A DNA stretch of 63,400 nucleotides, counting the filler, from Octopus bimaculoides (lineage: Eukaryota), in assembly GCF_001194135.2 (NCBI RefSeq). It is 8 parts of 7 records of this genome, joined end to end, with 100 filler letters (N's around TTAATTAATTAA, not from the genome) between each part and the next. Parts side by side here need not be neighbours in the genome. Positions count along the whole stretch, not along the records: positions 28,373 to 57,430 come from NC_068984.1; 7 more parts are not named here. One strand, written 5' to 3'. A model generated the notes under the pieces. It made no database searches. It was not told where the DNA came from and was given only the letters and a program-made list of their open reading frames with translations. The position numbers and the translations under genes are program-made. Shown here one piece after another: positions 35,170 to 48,365 of this stretch (within the stretch, counting starts at the first letter, position 1; each line of letters begins with the position of its first letter).

Positions 35170-35215
35170 GATGATGATGATGAGGAGGATGATAATAATG
35201 ATGATGATGATTTTA
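34658..35215 (-). mobile_element. Two tandem full-length family-M SINEs followed by (AAT)n/(GAT)n
   Basis: 34658-34873 and 34888-35101 each run from CCTTTCTACTAAA to GCCAGCTCGCCGC (minus-strand head). Confidence 0.9.
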
Positions 35216-35567
35216 ATTGCAATAATAGATACCACTGTTTAAGCTAGAAGAATTAAAGTAACTGCGGGATATCTAAAGACAACACATCAACAACAATAAC
35301 AATAACGGCAACTCGCTATAGCGAAAGTGAAAGTAGAATACAAAAACTATTGACTTACTCTGCTGCTAGCACGTGACAGTGGCCAAAAGCTATTGGCATG
35401 GAGACGCGGAATCCACGCCGATGCCATATAACAGCACAAACAAAATAGGAATCCGCTCGCAATCAACTTCATGGTTCTCACTTTTCGTTATGGAATTCGG
35501 GGCGAAGCTTCTTATATTTATAAAAAAAAAAACCCAGAAAATTTAGCACCCACTTGAATAATGTCAA

Positions 35568-35569
<2 letters not shown>

Positions 35570-35614
<45 letters not shown>

Positions 35615-35690
35615 TTGATGTTTCTGTTGTTGCTGCGTCTGATATTGTAGTTGTTGCTGGTGCTGCTGCTGCCGGATTTACTGACAATTG
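35570..35690. repeat. (GCT)n/(GTT)n trinucleotide tract
   Basis: Directly visible. Confidence 0.9.
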
Positions 35691-36013
35691 TTGCAAGTGT
35701 TCTTACTGCAAGTGATGCTATATGCAGCTAAGCTTGTTTTCTTGTGTGCGTCGAACTCAGAGTAAAACTGATTTATGATTATTTATTTATTCATTTATTT
35801 ATCTTTTTTTTTTCGTGGGATGCTTTGTCTTCGATTCTTGCAAGTTCTTCAATTAAAGCAAACACCAGGAACCGTTTATAGCAGCCTGTCATTGAATCAA
35901 CCAATCAGAAACTCTTGTGGTACTTTTCAATTTAAACTTATCGAAATTTTTAGTCCCACCTACTTCGATGACAGACCAAGGCGGATGTGAAACATTCTCT
36001 CATTTTCTTTTCT

Positions 36014-36015
<2 letters not shown>

Positions 36016-36087
<72 letters not shown>

Positions 36088-36626
36088 TGCACACGTTACC
36101 AAATTTAAGAATAAGTTATGAAAAACAAAAGAAACACTTGTAGAAACACAACCAGGCATGCACGCACGTACGCACACACGCACACACACACGCGCGCGTA
36201 CACACACACACACACACACACACGTCACTATCCTATGTATTTCCTTATTCGTGTGTGTATGTGTGTGTGCGTGCGAGTGTCTGTATGTGTGTGTGCGTGT
36301 GTTATTATGTGTATAGACATACGCATACATGTGTTTTAGGCTGTCCGTCCACATAGCTGCATAATTGATTTAGCATATGTGCAACGCAACGCCCACGCAT
36401 ATTTATATAAATTCATGCATAAATATGAAAACATTTTGCCGTACAGCAACAGGTTTAGAATTGCATATGCATGCAATATTACAGTGAAATACATTCATGC
36501 ATGCATATACACATGCATACATACATTAACATACACGCACGCACACACAGACATACACATATAGACATGTGTCTCTGTGATTATATACACACGGACGCAC
36601 ACATATCCATATCATACATATATACA

Positions 36627-36657
<31 letters not shown>

Positions 36658-36690
36658 TTGTGTGTGTGGGTGGGTGAGTGCGTGCGTGCG

Positions 36691-36730
<40 letters not shown>
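36016..36730. repeat. (ATT)n, (CA)n and (GT)n low-complexity block
   Basis: Directly visible. Confidence 0.9.
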
Positions 36731-37124
36731 CAGTAATATATATAGTAAGAACGTTTATTTGTTATTATAAACCTTGTTCTTCTTTTAGGATGATAGGGGT
36801 AATTAGTAGGAGATTTAGTTGCTATTTTTAGCAAGCTGACAGACCGTATGGAGGCTCTATTTGCTTGATTTCTATTCTAAGCTGTGCTGCACATTCGTCT
36901 GTCCTTAGACAATTCTATTAGTGTATATATGAGAAGTGGTTCATACCCGTTCTCTCCAACTTTCTCCATTTCTACAGACAGGGACTGCGGGAGTGGTCGC
37001 CTTCGATTCTCTCCACGGTGCAATAAAAGTGATTCAGAAAAAGGGGGGAGAAGGGGAGGGGAAGAGGAAAAGGGGAAGAAGGAAAGGGAAAGAGGGGAGA
37101 GAATGAATTGATTCTCCTTATGTG

Positions 37125-37908
37125 ATAGTTTATTTATCGACCTTAGAAGCAGTGAAAGGCAAAGTTGACCTGGGTGGGATTTGGACTCCGAGCACTTAGA
37201 GACGAAATAAATACCGCAAGATATTCGATTCGTTGCTGTACTGACTCGGTTCGCCAATTTAGAGTGTCTATAGTTGAATAATGGCTTCCAATTAGGCATA
37301 AGGACAAATATTTTAAAGACTGAGGGTTAGTGGATGTCATCGATTTCAGTACTTGATTGGTACTTTATTTTATCGACCTCGGTAGGATTTGAACTCAGAA
37401 AATAAAAAAACCGGAACAAATATGGGAGGTAATTTTCCTATGTTCTGACGATTCTGACAATACATAGCTCTGTCTACAGTTGAATAATAATCCTTTCTAC
37501 AATAGACACAAGGCCTGAGATTTTTGGGGAGGGGGCCAGTCGATTTAATCAACCCCAGTATGCAACTGGTATTTAATTTATCGACCCCGAAATGATGAAA
37601 TGCAAAGTCGACTGCGGCAGGATTTGAACTCAGAACATAGCGACGGACGAAATACCGCTCAGCATTTCGTTCGGCGTGCTAACGTTTCTTATTTCTTTAT
37701 TGCTCACAAGGGACTAAACATAGAGGGGACAAACAAAGACAGACAAACGGATTAAGTCGATTACATCGACCCCAGTACACAACTGGTACTTAATTTATCA
37801 ACCCTGAAAGGATGAAAGGCAAAGTCGACCTCGGCGGAATTTGAACTCAGAACGTAACGGCAGACGAAATATCGTTAAACATTTCGCCCGTGGGCTAACG
37901 TTTCTGCC
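37125..37908 (-). mobile_element. Four consecutive family-M SINE copies, all minus strand
   Basis: Approx. 37125-37260, 37280-37480, 37488-37690 and 37700-37908, each carrying GGCAAAGTCGAC/GATTTGAACTCAGAA motifs. Confidence 0.85.
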
Positions 37909-37934
37909 GTTGTTGTTTGTTCCATCTCGAAACA

Positions 37935-38148
37935 TGTCTGGTTCATAAAGGCCGGTTTCCCGGTTTCATTGGCGTGTAGGTTCCCCATCTGGACGGGACG
38001 CCGGTCCGTCGCAGGTGAGCTGCTTGATGCAGGAAGAAAGCGTGTGGTGTTTCGCTCATAAACACACGCATTGCCCGGTCTGAGATTTGAACCCGCGATC
38101 TCTCGACCGCGAGTCCGCTGCTCTAATCACTAGGCCATGTGCCTCCAC
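37935..38148 (-). mobile_element. tRNA(Arg)-like-headed SINE with V-domain-like segment
   Basis: Minus: GGAGGCACATGGCCTAGTGATTAGAGCAGCGGACTCGCGG...GGTTCAAATCTC, then CTGCGACGGACCGGCGTCCCGTCCAG, resembling the V-SINE central domain. Confidence 0.75.
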
Positions 38149-38319
38149 TAATTTGAAAGTTAGATATTTGTAAATACCATCATCTCAAGCACCTTAATGG
38201 TGCTGGTGGTATTTGAATTCAGGATGTAAGGGGCTGGAAAAATACAGCAAGGTACTTTTTCCAATGCTTTATAGAATTTGCCAAACCATTGTTCTCCATG
38301 CAAATGAACAAATCTTTCA

Positions 38320-39385
38320 ACGAGTACAAAGCCAGCAGTTTTGGGGGAGAGTGCTAGTCGATTTCATTGACCCATGGACTCGAGGGGTACTTATTTCATC
38401 GATCCCGAAAAGATGAAAGGCGAAGATGACCTCTGCCAGCTCGCTGCATTACTAGAAAGGAATAGTAAGACAGGTAAATACTGAATTAATATGGGTAGAT
38501 ACTGGGTAAAATGTTACTGCAAAACCTGATTTTTTTGCAGAAAAGAGGATTCAGATCTCCAGAAATGTAATATGTTTTGTTATCTTATTCCGAGACTGAT
38601 AGTGGAGGGGGACTGATAGTGGAGGGGGACTGAAGGAAGAAAGTATCTTCAAACTGGAAACCTGGTCCCGAATGCTTGAAACAAAATGGATGCCGATAAA
38701 GTACTCAACATGTCATGTGGTTGTGTCGAACCGAGCAACGGATTAAGTCCACTAACCATGTAGGCCATGATAGTTTCGAACTCAGAATGCAAAAAGCTGG
38801 AACAAATACAGAAATGCATCCCGTCCGACGTTCTTATTACTTCACACTGCTATTTTATTTTACTCACCCCGAAAGAATGAAAGGAAAAGTTGACCTCAGC
38901 GGAATTCGAACTCAGTGTGCGTAGAGTAGGAGCAAATACCACGAAGTATTTTATCCGACGCTGAACGAATCTGCTAATTCACTTTGTTGGTTGGTCATTT
39001 TACGTCGCTGGTCGACGGTGTTGCAGAAACAGTAACTTAACCACTTCTGCTGTGCCTTGGCAGTTTCCAGAAGCAAAAGCCTAGCCCCAAGCACTTGCTT
39101 CTGGAAACAACCAAGGTACAGCAGATAACTTGATACTGGATGTGTGTAGCCTCAGTTGAACTCCAGAGATTGAATTATGAAGCTACTTTAAAAACTGCAA
39201 TTTTTTTTTTTTTCAATATTTCGCAGCATTTTGTCCGTCTTTACGCTCTGAGTTCAAATGCCGCTGAGGCCGACTTTGCTTTTCACCATTTCGATAAAAT
39301 AAGTACCAGTTGGACACTGGAACCGATGTAAAGGACTTACGCCATCTCCGAAATTGCTAGCTTTGTGCCAAAATTTGAAACCAGC
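38320..39385. mobile_element. Three decayed family-M SINE copies (38320-38445 -, 38755-38985 -, 39220-39385 +)
   Basis: Family-M core motifs. Confidence 0.75.
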
Positions 39386-39645
39386 ACGTTCGCAGCATCT
39401 ATGGAGCTGCAGGGGATGCCAGATATTGGTTAAGTTTGATCGGACAAATCTGTCTGTGTATACCTCCCTCCTTTACGTTAAAGGGCAAAGGTCTCTTGCA
39501 CAAGACCAATACAAGTTTAAAGGACGAGTGGACTGGTTCTGCACAAACCATACACTTTATAATTATAAATCCCTGCTGCTTTTGTGGGGTAATTTACTGA
39601 GTGTTTAAAAATGTTTTACAAGGAACATCATAAATTTATTTAAAT

Positions 39646-40000
39646 GTAGTTGTTGGCACTCCGTCGCTTACGACGTCGAGGGTTCCAGTTGATCCGATCA
39701 ACGGAACAGCCTGCTCGTGAAATTAACGTGCAAGTGGCTGAGCACTCCACAGACACGTGTACCCTTAACGTAGTTCTCGGGAAGATTCAGCGGGACAAGG
39801 CTGACCCTTTGAATTACAGGCACAACAGAAAAAGGAAGTAAGAGAAAGTTGTGGTAAAAGAGTATAGCAGGGTTCGCCACCATCCCCTGCCGGAGCCTTG
39901 TGGAACTTTAGGTGTTTTCGCTCAATAAACACTCACAACGCCCGATCTGGGAATCGAAACCGCGATCCTATGACTGCGAGTCCGCTACCCTAACCACTTG
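39646..40000 (-). mobile_element. SINE family X, near full length
   Basis: Aligns almost end to end with 1493-1841; tRNA-like head CAAGTGGTTAGGGTAGCGGACTCGCAG...GGTTTCGATTCCC. Confidence 0.9.
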
Positions 40001-40088
40001 NNNNNNNNNNNNNNNNNNNNNNNNNNNNNNNNNNNNNNNNNNNNNNNNNNNNGTATAACTGTAGTAAGGCGGTGGATTAAAAACAAAG

Positions 40089-40130
<42 letters not shown>

Positions 40131-40549
40131 GAAAAAGCAATTGGAATATTACTGTATTTTAGAAATGAGATTACATCTTGGGTGGTTGTACAGAATGATA
40201 GGAAACAGGACTCTAATATTGAATTATTAGCAGAATATTTCAGATTTACAAAGAACAGAAATGAGAATCGATGAAGTTCATACCCATATTCTGGTAAGTG
40301 TTCTGCATTTTGAGATATCACTAATATTGTTGATGTTACTTAGTTCCAGTCGGCTGTTATTATTCAGACCAACGATCAAAAGCATTCATCTTCATTTTTA
40401 AGTATAAAGCATTTAGGAGTAAGTTAACCAATAAATCTTTTCCTTTAAGACAGTATAGTGGGAGACGAGGGGTATTTGGCTGCTATTTCTTGCAGCTCGA
40501 GCGACCGTAAGAAGGCTCCCTGTTTGGTTGATGATATTTTAGAAACCCT

Positions 40550-41400
40550 TAGGGCGGCGAGCTGGCAGACTTTGCCTTTCATCCTTTCTGGGTCGATAAA
40601 TTAAGTACCAGTTGTGTACTGCGGTTGATCTAATCGACTGGACACCCTCCCCCAAAATTTCGAGCCTTGTGCCTAGAGTAGGAAAACAAAAAAAAAAAAT
40701 AAAAAGAAAGCACAACTAGAATACTGACCGTGAAAACATCGCAGAATGTGATTTCGAGCCATTTCGTTTCACTTATGCTACATATTCGGTGGACACCTAG
40801 AGTTTCTCAAAAATTCTGTTGATGGTGATGTTTTTTTAATTTTTTTTTAGGGCCGAGTCAACTTTGATCAGTTTATGACCAAAAGCGTTTCAATCATGAC
40901 AAACTTGTCTCTTTAGAAATATATCAAGAACTACATTATGTATTGTGTCATTTTATTTAGAATGATAAAATGTGATTTGGTTGCTATTTCTAGCTTGTAG
41001 AGCAACCACATAGAGGCTCTCTCGTTGGTATTACTTTTAAGATTCTGCAATAAGTGTCTGCTAAATCATCTTGCAACGGTTAAGGGGATGCCCTCTAATG
41101 ACTATCCCATCTAACCAAATGAAGAGGGAGAAGTATAAGCGATTCAAAGACAAAGTCACTAGAATCAGCAACCATCACGTAATATACTATAATTCTCGGC
41201 AAGGGTTTCTAAAACATTAATTTCATATTTTGGCACAAGGCCAGTAATTTCGGGAGAAAGTGTAAGTCGATTATATCGACTCCGAAAGAATAAAAGGCAA
41301 AGTCGACCTCGGCAGAATTTGAACTCAGAACGTAAAGACAGACGAAATAACACTAAGCATTTCGCCCGGTGTGCTAACGTTTCTGCCAAGTTCGCCGTCT
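40550..41400. mobile_element. Family-M SINEs (40550-40685 +, internally deleted; 41225-41400 -) around a family-F copy
   Basis: GGCGGCGAGCTGGCAG joined directly to ACTTTGCCTTTCATCC; GGCAAAGTCGACCTCGGCAGAATTTGAACTCAG. Confidence 0.8.
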
Positions 41401-42662
41401 TAGTGCGCTTTCTATTTTTCAAAACAAATGGTCACAGGTTAATAATGACGTCGTTTCATTTTACTCGTAATGGTCAGTAATGGTCGAAAGAAAGGCATGA
41501 ACTTCATATAATGAGATTTCTTTTCGCACCATAATATTGAAGAGTTATTGCTGAAGGAAATCAATATTTTATATGTAGGATGTGTATTCTATCGAACAGA
41601 GCTAAAACATCCAATGTCTTGATTATGCGAAGCAATTTCGATTTCATGTTGCAGAAATTAAGTTCATTTACGTCTTTTTATGAACTTACGAATAAAACAT
41701 GAATATAACAGAATTCCATTCCAACTAGAGATTTATATGTGATACATTGTGTTTCTTTAATTGGAACAACCATTTGATACAGGGCCATTATAATTGACTC
41801 CACTCCAATTTCGGTTCCCAACTCTAGCTATAGCAGATCAGTTACGCCATTAAAATTTTTGAGAAAGAGCACAAACATAACTTAGTTTTATTTCCTCACT
41901 TCTTATAAATACTTCATTACCTTCACTTTTTCACTAGACCAGTGCTTAATTCTCATTTTTCTTTTATAGCTGGAATTAGATAAGAGACAATAATCTTCTA
42001 AATCAGACTTCAGTCTATCGTGGGTAATTTTTCGTACTGTGCTATAGCATTCACATCACGGAACCATTCGTCATTTTAAAGTACTGTCGCTGTTTCTCAG
42101 CTTATGTTTAGCACTTATTAAGGCTGGTGGAATTCAGCATTTTTCCTGGGTCTCCTTGACTGGTGAAGAAGAAACTACAACCCATAAATTATTCTTAAAT
42201 AGAAAACCTGGTTCGAATGTTTGTGAAACATAATGTTAAAAGCAGCAAGGATCAGGTAGTGGTGTTAAACCAAGTTATACGTTAGATATACCAGCCAAGA
42301 GTATTTACTGGCCGTGTGACATCCTTTCTCACAGTTTCCGTCGGTCCAATTTCACTTCGACTTGAAGGCTATGGTAGAAGACATTGCAGGGCACAGTGCA
42401 ATAAAATCCACCCCGGAACCACACTATTATCAAGGAAACCTCTTAACTGCATACCATTCCAAGATATTTTTGCGGCTTTTCTTCACAGATGAACGTCACT
42501 TCTAAAGGGTGTAATGTCATCTGTCACTACCCATGTTTTTCTTGCGGACATCGGTCGACAAATATTTTAATTGAACGCCAGCCGCATTCCTTTCACTATT
42601 TTGGAGGAGACAAAAAAAAAAAGGCTTAAAAATTAAGGATCTCAACCTTAACTTTAAGACTT

Positions 42663-43010
42663 GTGTATGGCACTTTGAGCAAATGTTTTCTACTATAGCC
42701 CCGGGCCGATCACTACCTTAGTGAGTGAATTTGATGGACGGAAACTGTGTGGAATCCCATTGTGTTTATATATATATATATTCACACACACACACACACA
42801 CACACATAAATGTATACATTCATAAACCCATACATGTATGTGTGTGACTGTGCTTTTGTCTATGTTGTTCCCACCGCTTGACAACCGGTGTTAGAAAGTT
42901 TACGTCCTCATAACTTAGTGGTTTAGCAAGAGATAACGATAGACTAAGTACCAAACATAACCCCCCCACCACAAGTACTGGTTTCGATATATTCGACTAA
43001 AACCCTTCAA
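42663..43010 (+). mobile_element. SINE family C
   Basis: TTTGAGCAAATGTTTTCTACTATAGCCCCGGGCCG...CCACCGCTTGACAACCGGTGTT. Confidence 0.8.
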
Positions 43011-43268
43011 CGAGTAAACGATAAAAGATCCTCACTAACATCTCCCCACAACACTGACATTAATTTCTTTGTCTCTGCAATTCACATTATCTTCACCCCA
43101 ATCCTCATCATTTGTATAGAACAACAGTAACAACATTTCACTCTATGACATTTATTATTATTATCATCATCATCCCATTATCATCTTAACCGAAATCACG
43201 TTTTAAATCTCAACTTTTTATAATTTCATTGTTGGTATTTCATTATAACCTTGGTTCCAAACTTCAGC

Positions 43269-43530
43269 GAAAGTGCGTGGCCTAACGGTTAGGGTGCTGC
43301 ATTCACGATCGCAAGATATTGGTTTCCATTGTGTTCTTAAGCAAAACACTTCATTTCTCATTATTCCAGTTCAGTCAGTTGTAAACGAGTAGCCTGGGAT
43401 GGTCTAGCGTCCTGTTTAGGGGGAATGTTGTGATCTCGGTTGCTTGTACGCCCTGGAAACCAGTTCACTGTCCCTATGAGTTCTGGGAGCCAAAGACATT
43501 AATATCTAGGGGGACTTACTTTACTTTCTT
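43269..43530 (+). mobile_element. Decayed SINE, H2 head plus V-like domain
   Basis: GAAAGTGCGTGGCCTAACGGTTAGGG...CTGGGATGGTCTAGCGTCCTGTTTAGGGG. Confidence 0.6.
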
Positions 43531-46500
43531 TTCCAAACATCAATTACTTTATAGACGAATGGAACTATAAATGTATAGATTATGATTTCAAACTTGCGAC
43601 GCAACAGTATTTTTGTATATTTTCGAGCAATGCATTTAATCATACATTCCCTCAGCTTAGCTGTCAAAAACAAATAACAAATCATAAGAGAATATTATCA
43701 GTGATAGACTAGTAATCTATCCAAGAGAAGATTTAGCTCTCATCCACTTCATATTATAAAACTAGAGATAATGAAAAATTTGTTGGAACTTAAGAAATAT
43801 TTCTTTACATTTCAAAATTCAACTTCATTGCATCTGTTACCTACATGGAATCAATACAGACATTACCAAATCGACACACATACAAAAATTATATGTGTTA
43901 AATATACTGGAGATGAATTGTTTATTGATATCTTTACATTGAGAAATAGTGCCAATAGACAAGAACAAGGCAACTTGATATGGAGAGCTTAAGACTGACT
44001 CTACCCACGATTCAGCCTTTATAAACAAAGCACAATGCAATAAATAATTATCACTTTATTGCTTCATGCACAGAGCCATAAAAATATGCATATTCTAAAC
44101 ATTTATTCCGTTCACTAATATCATTTACATATATGGCGTTGCAGACAATATTTCTTTGCTGCAAACAATTCACAATTTGATAGATCGTAACAACAGGCTT
44201 AATTCAGGGCAACAAATAAATGAGATTAAGACAATTTCTGCGGAACATATTATTCAGAAAGAAATCAGGAAAGGAAATACTTTTTTCTGGTATGTGTATA
44301 ATATGATTTCATTGGATTCATTTGTTAACGTTGTGCTTGGAATATCGGTGTTGTATCGTAATGTTCTATTAGTCAAAATCGATTGACAATATCAATGGAA
44401 TAAACTAATAACATCTCAGTAGAAACAAGATAACTGTGAATACAGCAATTCAACATGTTGACTAATTTTCCTAAATTCCAGCGGTTAGTTTGGGTCTAGC
44501 TTTGCAGTACCAGATATAAGAAGCGATAGGAATACCATTTTTTGCATGCTAGATTCGTTATTTGCAAATAGCCGAACAATTGTAATTTCTAAATATAAGA
44601 TTAGGCTTGATTTGCTACAGATTACCTAAACTGCAAGAATAATAAATAATGCAAAGTAAATGTGATACCTAGAGCGCTCAAGCGTACACCTGAGCCGAGC
44701 TTAGTAGATGAAAGATAAATCTAATCTTGAAAGAGTTGCTGCCTATCGCAGAAACATTCCCTGAATACGCGTTAAATGAGAAATAAAACCTATTTGCAAA
44801 CAATCGTGCGTCAGTCTATTAAATCTTTTTTCTTACATATTTAGCAAGCGTAAGAGATTTTGTACAAATACCTCCACTGCGTAGAAAAACCTGATAAGAA
44901 AAGATGCCAAGCGCAACAGATATGACTGCTGTATTATTCAAATTTAATTCTTAAAAATCGAATTGATAAAACGAAAGAGCGCAAGTTGTTGGATTACTTC
45001 GTTCTGTTATGGCTAATAAATCAAACATCACAAAGAGCAAATTAAATACCTTAGCAATGATCCCTAAACTTTACACAACAGATATGGCGGCCTGGCTTTT
45101 TATTTCAAAATATTCGTTTTTACTGGTTTATCAGATGATGGATGGCAGATCGGAAAGATTCATAAAATATCTTCCGATATTTTATGTCCCTTTTCGATCT
45201 GACTTTAAATTTTGCCGGGGTCGATTTTGCCTTTATTTTCCCGCAGCAATGATAAAATATGCACCATTATCATACTTTGAGAGCATATCAGCCACACACC
45301 TTCTCTAGAAAATGCAGGAAATGAATATAAAAGCTTTTATCGACTCTCCTAAGATTAAAAAACTATACAAACATTTACTCGAATTGAATACAAATTCTAA
45401 GCTTCTAAATAATACGTTCAATTATAAATCCTAGACCGACATTTTACAGAACTATTATTATTGATTGGGACATTAGCAGGAGGAAAAGAGTTTCATCGAT
45501 CTAATTAGTGAATAATTATTTCATAAACTTTCTGGTTAGCAAAAAGGTGAAGTCGCCACCTTTGTGGAAGGAATTTGAGCTCGGAATGTAAAATGAATAA
45601 ATAGATATTCCTGTCGATATGAATGATGGTCGGGGGTCAGAGACGCAACTACCATGAACACATACTCAACACACACACAAGCAGCACTCACACATTCACA
45701 GATTCACACTTCACACATATGGCCATTCTTTGAATCTTCTTACACTCATCAGGATGAACAGGGACGGGGTTCCCGAGTTCTCTGCTAAGCCGGTTTACCG
45801 TTGGGGTTGACACCCCTAGCCTTTGTCTCATTACAGGCACCCATAAGCAGTGAGACTTGGCTAGATATCATTCAAGAGGTCGGTTGGGTTACCGCATCTG
45901 ACCTTCACTGCATTTACAAGGTTATTATTATTTCGATTTCCTGCTTGATGATAATTTGGAGATTAAAGCTGATCACGTGGTTTGCTTCCTCGGTCTAGTC
46001 ACAGAGTCTGTTTGACTGTAATGAATTAAGAATTAGACCACGGTAAAAACAGTATACCATCACTTGAAAAGGTAGATATTTATCTTGGCTACTGTATTAT
46101 TGAAGCGTGGAATCTTTCTGACGGCCCATGATGAAATAAAAGCGTTTGGAAGAATTTTGATTAGGAGTAAGGTTGGATGATTATATGATTATATATCATT
46201 AAAATATGTCGTATCAGATATAGGAATCAAATCTCCCTTAAGTCGCACCTTTCTGTTTTGAAGCAAAGACGGAATGGTCATGGCTGGAACGCTTTAGTCT
46301 CAGCATCATCATCAGCAACAACAATCTATTATCAGGCTGCTATAAATTTATAAGCGAACTTAACATATCAATTGCACCGAAAGTTTCGCGTGCAATTCAT
46401 ATGAAAAAACTATTCAGTACCTAGAGTTTGATTTTTTGTGTGTGTGTATTTAAGAAGGGAAAGAACTAGCTTCGGGATGAAATCATTTATAGTTTTCACG

Positions 46501-47569
46501 TGCCATGGGCATATTGTAGAGTCAGTATTCAGTTTTGGTTTATGGAATCATGCTGCATGAGAGCTAACTGTCTCTTACGATAACTTTAGAGGCAGATATT
46601 CGAGAAAGATTATTAACCTATTTATGACAATTAGATAAAATAGAATTAAGCATTTCACAGAGATACAGAGAAATGCAAGAAGCAAGTAGGTACTTAGGTC
46701 CTATGAGACCATATTGAGCCTTTTATTATCAAATTGGCATCACAACATTTGCCGCTTTTGTCGGTAGTTTTTACAGACTACACACGAAAAGACATTCAAA
46801 CATTGTACATTAGAAATTTTAACCCGTTAAAACATTGCTTTGTCCCAGTGAATTGACTGATAAATAGCACACGAAACAAAGATATTTTTTGAGATTGATT
46901 TCATGACACATTTGCTTGAAATTTCTTGGGAACTTTTAATTCTTTATTACTTGAGCCCAAATACATAGTAAGAAAGCGTCGGTTATTAAAATTTGTCCTT
47001 GCTGGTCTTGAATAAATTGTATTTGTTTATGAAATACGCATAAGCAACGCGGTATTGAATTGGAAGATCAAGCATCAAGATTATCACTCCAAGCATGAAA
47101 TGAATATTTGTTGGAACATTTGTAAATACCCAAACATCAATAAATTATTCAGGAAACGATTCGATGCTTCTCTGTTGCTTTATAATATTGTTTTCATACA
47201 TATCCATGAAGCAGGAACATTTATACAAACAAGCCCAATATCTCATTGGAAATATAACCACAGTATTCAATTGAATTAAATTTATTATCATTGTATGTTT
47301 ATAGTACAACAGAATATAGCTTATATTAAGCAAATCAGCTTGGTAGAGTCCATCACTCTCGTCTTCAAATGCTATTCGCGAATGAGTTTGAATCAAATAT
47401 TTGAAGCTGATGTAAACACTCGTAGAATCATGCTCGTATAGTGGAGACCTGGATTTCATAATATACCATAATAGAGTACGATTAAATGAAGATCGCTGAC
47501 GTCATCAAATTAGCGAGCCGAAGTGAATCACTTACAAAATGTCGATAAGTACTAGTTATACTAATAGAA

Positions 47570-48365
47570 TATTGGTTTCAAATTTTGGTACAATTTAATA
47601 GAATGATTAACTCGATTACATCGACCCCAGTGTTCAACTGGTACTTATTTTATCGATACCGAAGTATGAAAGGTAAAGTTGACCTCGGCGGAATTAAAAC
47701 TGACAACATAAAAACAAATGAAATTCCGCTAAGCATTTTTTTCCGACATGCTAATGGTTCTGTTACTTTTGCCACCTTATACTAATAGAATATCAATAAA
47801 TATTCCTATATGTTCTATCAACAGTAAATTTCTTCTGCTGAAAATAAATTCATGTCTTGGTCGTGGACACAAGAGACAACCGATGATTCCGTGACTCTTC
47901 GATAACTTATCGATACAGTCTGTTGTAGCTCTCTAAAAATCTTTAGAAAATTTGAACTTGAGATTGTGAGATGTTTATATTTATGTCACGGATATAAATA
48001 ACACAAAGGCAGGGTGCCGAGTTGGCAGAATCGTTAGCACGCCGGGCGAAATGCCCAGCGGTATTTCGTCTGCCGTTACATTCTGAGTTCAAATTCCGCC
48101 GAGGTCGACTTTGCCTTTCGAGGTCGATTAAATAAGTACCAGTTACGCACTGGGGTAGATGTAATCGACTTTATCCCTTTGTCTGTCCCCTGTAGGCAAT
48201 AAAGAAATAATGCAAAATGCTTCGTGGTATTTCTTCTGGCTCTTTACGTTCTGAGTTCAGAAGTCAACTTCGCCTTTCGTCCGTTTAGGATGGATAAAAT
48301 AAAGTACAAGTCAAGTACTGAGTGCGATGTAACTGACTTGCCCCTCCCCTCAATATTGCTGGTCT
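47570..48365. mobile_element. Three family-M SINE copies (47570-47780 -, 48006-48215 +, 48215-48365 +)
   Basis: Family-M motifs; 48006-48215 is close to consensus. Confidence 0.85.

Noticed and set aside
35478-35696. Poly-Ala/Thr ORF from (GCT)n
   Set aside because: Simple trinucleotide expansion with no flanking coding or splice support.
37125-37908. Regularly recurring ~35-bp motifs resembling a CRISPR array
   Set aside because: Adjacent SINE copies; spacers are homologous, and the context is eukaryotic with no cas genes.
37935-40000. tRNA-like sequences (A/B boxes, Arg-like heads)
   Set aside because: They continue into SINE bodies and lack a complete acceptor stem; these are SINE heads, not tRNA genes.
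45836-45877. Possible 42-nt plus-strand micro-exon (APISSETWLDIIQE)
   Set aside because: Acceptor is fair but the donor is weak and there is no homology cue.
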